Shown here one piece after another: positions 60,535-64,000 of a stretch of 64,000 nucleotides of DNA. The translations under genes were made by a program, and so were the position numbers. The DNA comes from Selaginella moellendorffii (lineage: Eukaryota; Plantae; Lycopodiophyta), in the NCBI RefSeq assembly GCF_000143415.4, contig NW_003314377.1:124001-188000 (forward strand). The letters run 5' to 3'. A model generated the notes under the pieces. That model searched no databases. It saw nothing but the letters and a program-made list of their open reading frames with translations, and was not told the DNA's origin. Position 1 is the stretch's first letter, and each line of letters starts with the position of its first letter.

Positions 60535-62910
60535 ATGAGAATGGGAAGGAGGAGCATCTGCCTGGCGTCCTTTGTGGCGCTTTTGTGCCTGGGGTCGACG
60601 CTTGCTACACAGGTACACTCCTCCCTTCTATCTTTTGTGTACTGATATCGGGGCTCCAGGAGAAGCGAGTCGCAGATCAAACATGTGGTTCCGGGTTCCA
60701 GGAAGGGGAAGTCGAGTTTTTCCCCAACATCTCGAAGATAGAGTACGAGGTCTGGGATTTCTCGTGTTTCTCATCTCAATACCTTTTCTAAACGCGCTCG
60801 GATGGGAATTTCAGGGACCCTCTAGCAAGAACCCACTTGCTTTCAAGTGGTACAATCCGGAGGAAGAGATCTATGGCAAGAAGATGAAGGTAGAAGCCAC
60901 TTCATTCCATCCATGCGCTCGACAAAAAATCCTTTTTGCTTTCCTTTATCTGTGTAGGACTGGCTGAGGTTCAGTGTCGCCTTCTGGCATACATTCCGAG
61001 GGGATGGTAGTGATCCTTTTGGATCTCCGACGAAGCAGTGGCCTTGGGATGATGGAACGGACTCGCTCGAGATGGCCTTCACAAGAAGTACGTGTGCTTT
61101 GCGTTCGGTTTGGTGTTTATCTTGTTCTTGTCTCCAGTGCGGGCAAACTTTGAGTTCCTGAAAAAGCTTGGCCTTAACCGATGGTGCTTCCACGATAGAG
61201 ATATTGCGCCAGAGGGCCGGACTCTGGAGGTTTGCTGGCTCGAAGTTTTTTCATTGATTGACAAAGCTTGGTGTTTCAGGAATCAAATGCCAACCTCGAC
61301 AAAGTTGTTGCTTTAGCTAAGCAGCTACAGGAAGGCACAGACATCAGGCCTCTCTGGGGAACCGCGCAGCTTTTCAAGCACCCAAGATACATGCATGGCG
61401 CGGCCACCAGGTATTAGATTTTCTTGTTGCTCGCTTTCCTATTATAATTGTTTCTTCCCCTGGTAGTCCCGACGCTAGGATTTATGCTTATGCAGCCGCT
61501 CAAGTCAAGAAGGCTATGGAGGTATGTTACATGTTTTGCTTTACTTTGATTCATGATGTCTGAGCTTTCTGCTTTCAGGCTACGAAAGAGCTTGGTGGGG
61601 AGAATTACGTGTTCTGGGGTGGCCGGGAAGGATATCAGTCTCTCTTGAACACAGACCTTGAGAGGGAGCTCAATCACCTGGTAATAATTCCTTTGTTCTT
61701 TTCAACTTCGGCAGCTATAACTCTTGGCTTTGCAGGGACAATTTTTGAAATCAGCCGCTGAGTACAAGAAGAAGATCGAATTTGACGGTAAGCATCTCAC
61801 GCTGACTGCTTGGTACTGAGACATTTTTTTCATATGGCAGGCGTGCTTCTCATTGAACCAAAGCCTCAGGAACCCACGAAGCATCAGTACGGGCTTGCTT
61901 TAAACTTAATGCACCTTACTTAACGTTTGTTTATGTAGATATGATTGGGATGCTGCAACTGCGATTGGATTCTTGCAAAAATATGGATTGAAGGGTAAGC
62001 TAGCTTGTGGTTTTCCCTGTAGATCCAACTAACTCTATTCCTACGGCGCAGACGACTTCAAGCTGAACATTGAATGCAACCACGCAACGCTTGCGGGTCA
62101 CAGGTAAGACAGCCGAAAGTTTATTGTTTGTACTGATACTCGTGGAATGCAGCTGCTATCATGAACTGGAAGTTTCTCGAATCAATGGAGTTTTGGGAAA
62201 CATTGACGCCAACACTGGTGACGCTCAAACAGGTACGTTTTTTCCGCTTCTTCTTTTCACGCAGTACTGAAGAGATTGTTTTTCAGGATGGGATACCGAC
62301 CAGTTCCTGATGGATATTGCAGAAACCACGCAAGTGATGCTTTCAGTGCTTCAGAATGTAAGTCACTCAAAAACATGTTTCTTCGCCTGACCGTATCATC
62401 TTTTGCTTGTAGGGAGGTCTTGCTCCTGGTGGATTCAACTTCGATGCCAAACTGTGCGTGTATTTAGAAACCATTCCTACCGATTCGTGCTCACTTGTGT
62501 GTTGTGTGTTGTTTTTCAGGAGAAGGGAAAGTACAGACGTGGAAGACTTGTTCATCTCTCATATCGCTGGCATGGACGCAATGGCACGCGGGCTTCGCAA
62601 TGCAGCCAAAATCCTTGAGGTAAAATTGCTTCATTTGTGGCATTTCTCACGGGCAAGAATTTTTTTTCAGGAGGGTACTCTTCCAAGTATCGTGAAAGAG
62701 CGATATGCAAGCTTTGACTCTGCTTTGGGAGCTTCCATTGAGGTACACTAAAGCTTTCTACGACGTTTCATTTACCAATTGCTTTTGGTGTGCTAGTCTG
62801 GGGAGCTCGGATTTGAAGAGCTGGAGCAGGAGGCCCTGAGAATGGAGGAGCCACTACCTGCGTCTGGGAAGCAAGAGCTAGCTGAGATGGTGTTCTATAA
62901 CTCCATATAA
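60535..62910 (+). CDS. xylA: xylose isomerase, multi-exon
   Basis: Signal peptide; [82 protein letters not shown]. Confidence 0.97.
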
Positions 62911-62952
62911 CCAGCATGAGATAACTCCATACTCCATATAACGATGTGATAT

Positions 62953-64000
62953 CTATGTAAAGGCTTGATTACATGAACTTGTAAAGAATGTTATCACAAA
63001 ATGTCTTTTACCTCTCAAGGATGAAAGTAGCTTCTCTATTGTAATCGTCACCGTATCGCAACCATCAATCTTCTTTACCAGGTTACAGAATGTCTCCAAG
63101 GTATATATCTGCAGCGGGGGCCTGGAGCTGTATGGAAGCACAGAGATTAGTTTCCTGTAGACCTCTTCCTGGAGCACGCTATTTTGGTGCTCCTCAATTA
63201 CTTCGTAGAACAGCTTCTTCTTGTCTGACTGGGGAGATGGGTTTTATGAACGAGGTTTGGAAGGAGGCCAGAGCTAAAGGTGTGGAAATCAGGCTGGATT
63301 TGAAAGATGTTTGGTCTAGCAAATTGCTTCCGGATGGAAGAAGACAGTCTCTTTGGTGCTTGAGATGGTTGGCTCATATGAGCCAATGTCAAGGGGTATG
63401 AAAGAATGGTGTTGTGTCCATTGTATCCAACGGCAAAACTGAGCCCAAAAGGGAAAAACCTTGTCACTTCGGGCTTGAAACGGGCCCTGGACGATGAAAA
63501 GACTGTGACTTGTTCTTGGATGCGAGACAATAAGCTACCGAGCCTTCCCTCGTACCTTGAAGAAATGTCCAAGGAGGCCTAGAGTCTTCATCATGTCCAC
63601 TGCTTTCAATACGTCAATATGAAACAACCATGGTGAAGGTGTTCTATGTCTCGTCCAGCAACGACAAGGCAATCCGGACATGTCCATTCTTAAAATGCCT
63701 TGCGTTGGCACCCTGTCCAGAATCACGCTGATCAACTCATCGCTAAACAGCTCCTTCCTTTTGTGTAGAGTTGGGCCTTTCAACAGTGCGTCAACCGGTT
63801 TATTAATTTTTAAAAAAAAATTGGGACATATGAGGACTATTTGATGCCATGCAAAGAAAGAATCTCGTCTCGTGGACTGCCATGGTAATTCCAGCACGGG
63901 CATCTGGATGAGGCAAACCTTCTATGCCCGAATGATCGCTGCATGGTTCATCTGGGGATTTAAATGGAAGTAGGCAGCTGTTTGAGAAAATGGAAGAAAA
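62953..64000 (-). CDS. partial gene, possibly F-box-like protein (5' end may lie outside the window)
   Basis: FSDELISVILDRVP...CRCW resembles an F-box. Three successive minus-strand ORFs are joined by probable introns or frameshifts. Confidence 0.4.

Overview
This is eukaryotic plant nuclear DNA with very short introns (about 50-80 bp) and very dense genes. It carries PPR genes, a plastid peptidoglycan MurF and a probable cilium gene; this best fits a lycophyte such as Selaginella moellendorffii (inference). Bases ~1-15.3 kb are a transposon nest: two inverted copies of a non-coding LTR element, two intact TRIMs with target-site duplications, and a MITE. Decayed gene copies (PIG-T, PPR, Notchless) lie among and just after these elements. 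Bases ~17.8-64 kb hold about 19 intact or partial protein genes and one initiator tRNA-Met gene. The most striking element is a complete plant-type TPP riboswitch (20755-20859) inside a GT-AG intron, with no THIC or THI1 gene anywhere in the window. It lies ~800 bp downstream of an intronless orphan ORF on the same strand. It is embedded in a mosaic of PIG-T and CSP41a fragments bracketed by a tRNA-like repeat. Gene calls come from recognising motifs by eye. Multi-exon CDS coordinates are gene spans from start to stop codon.
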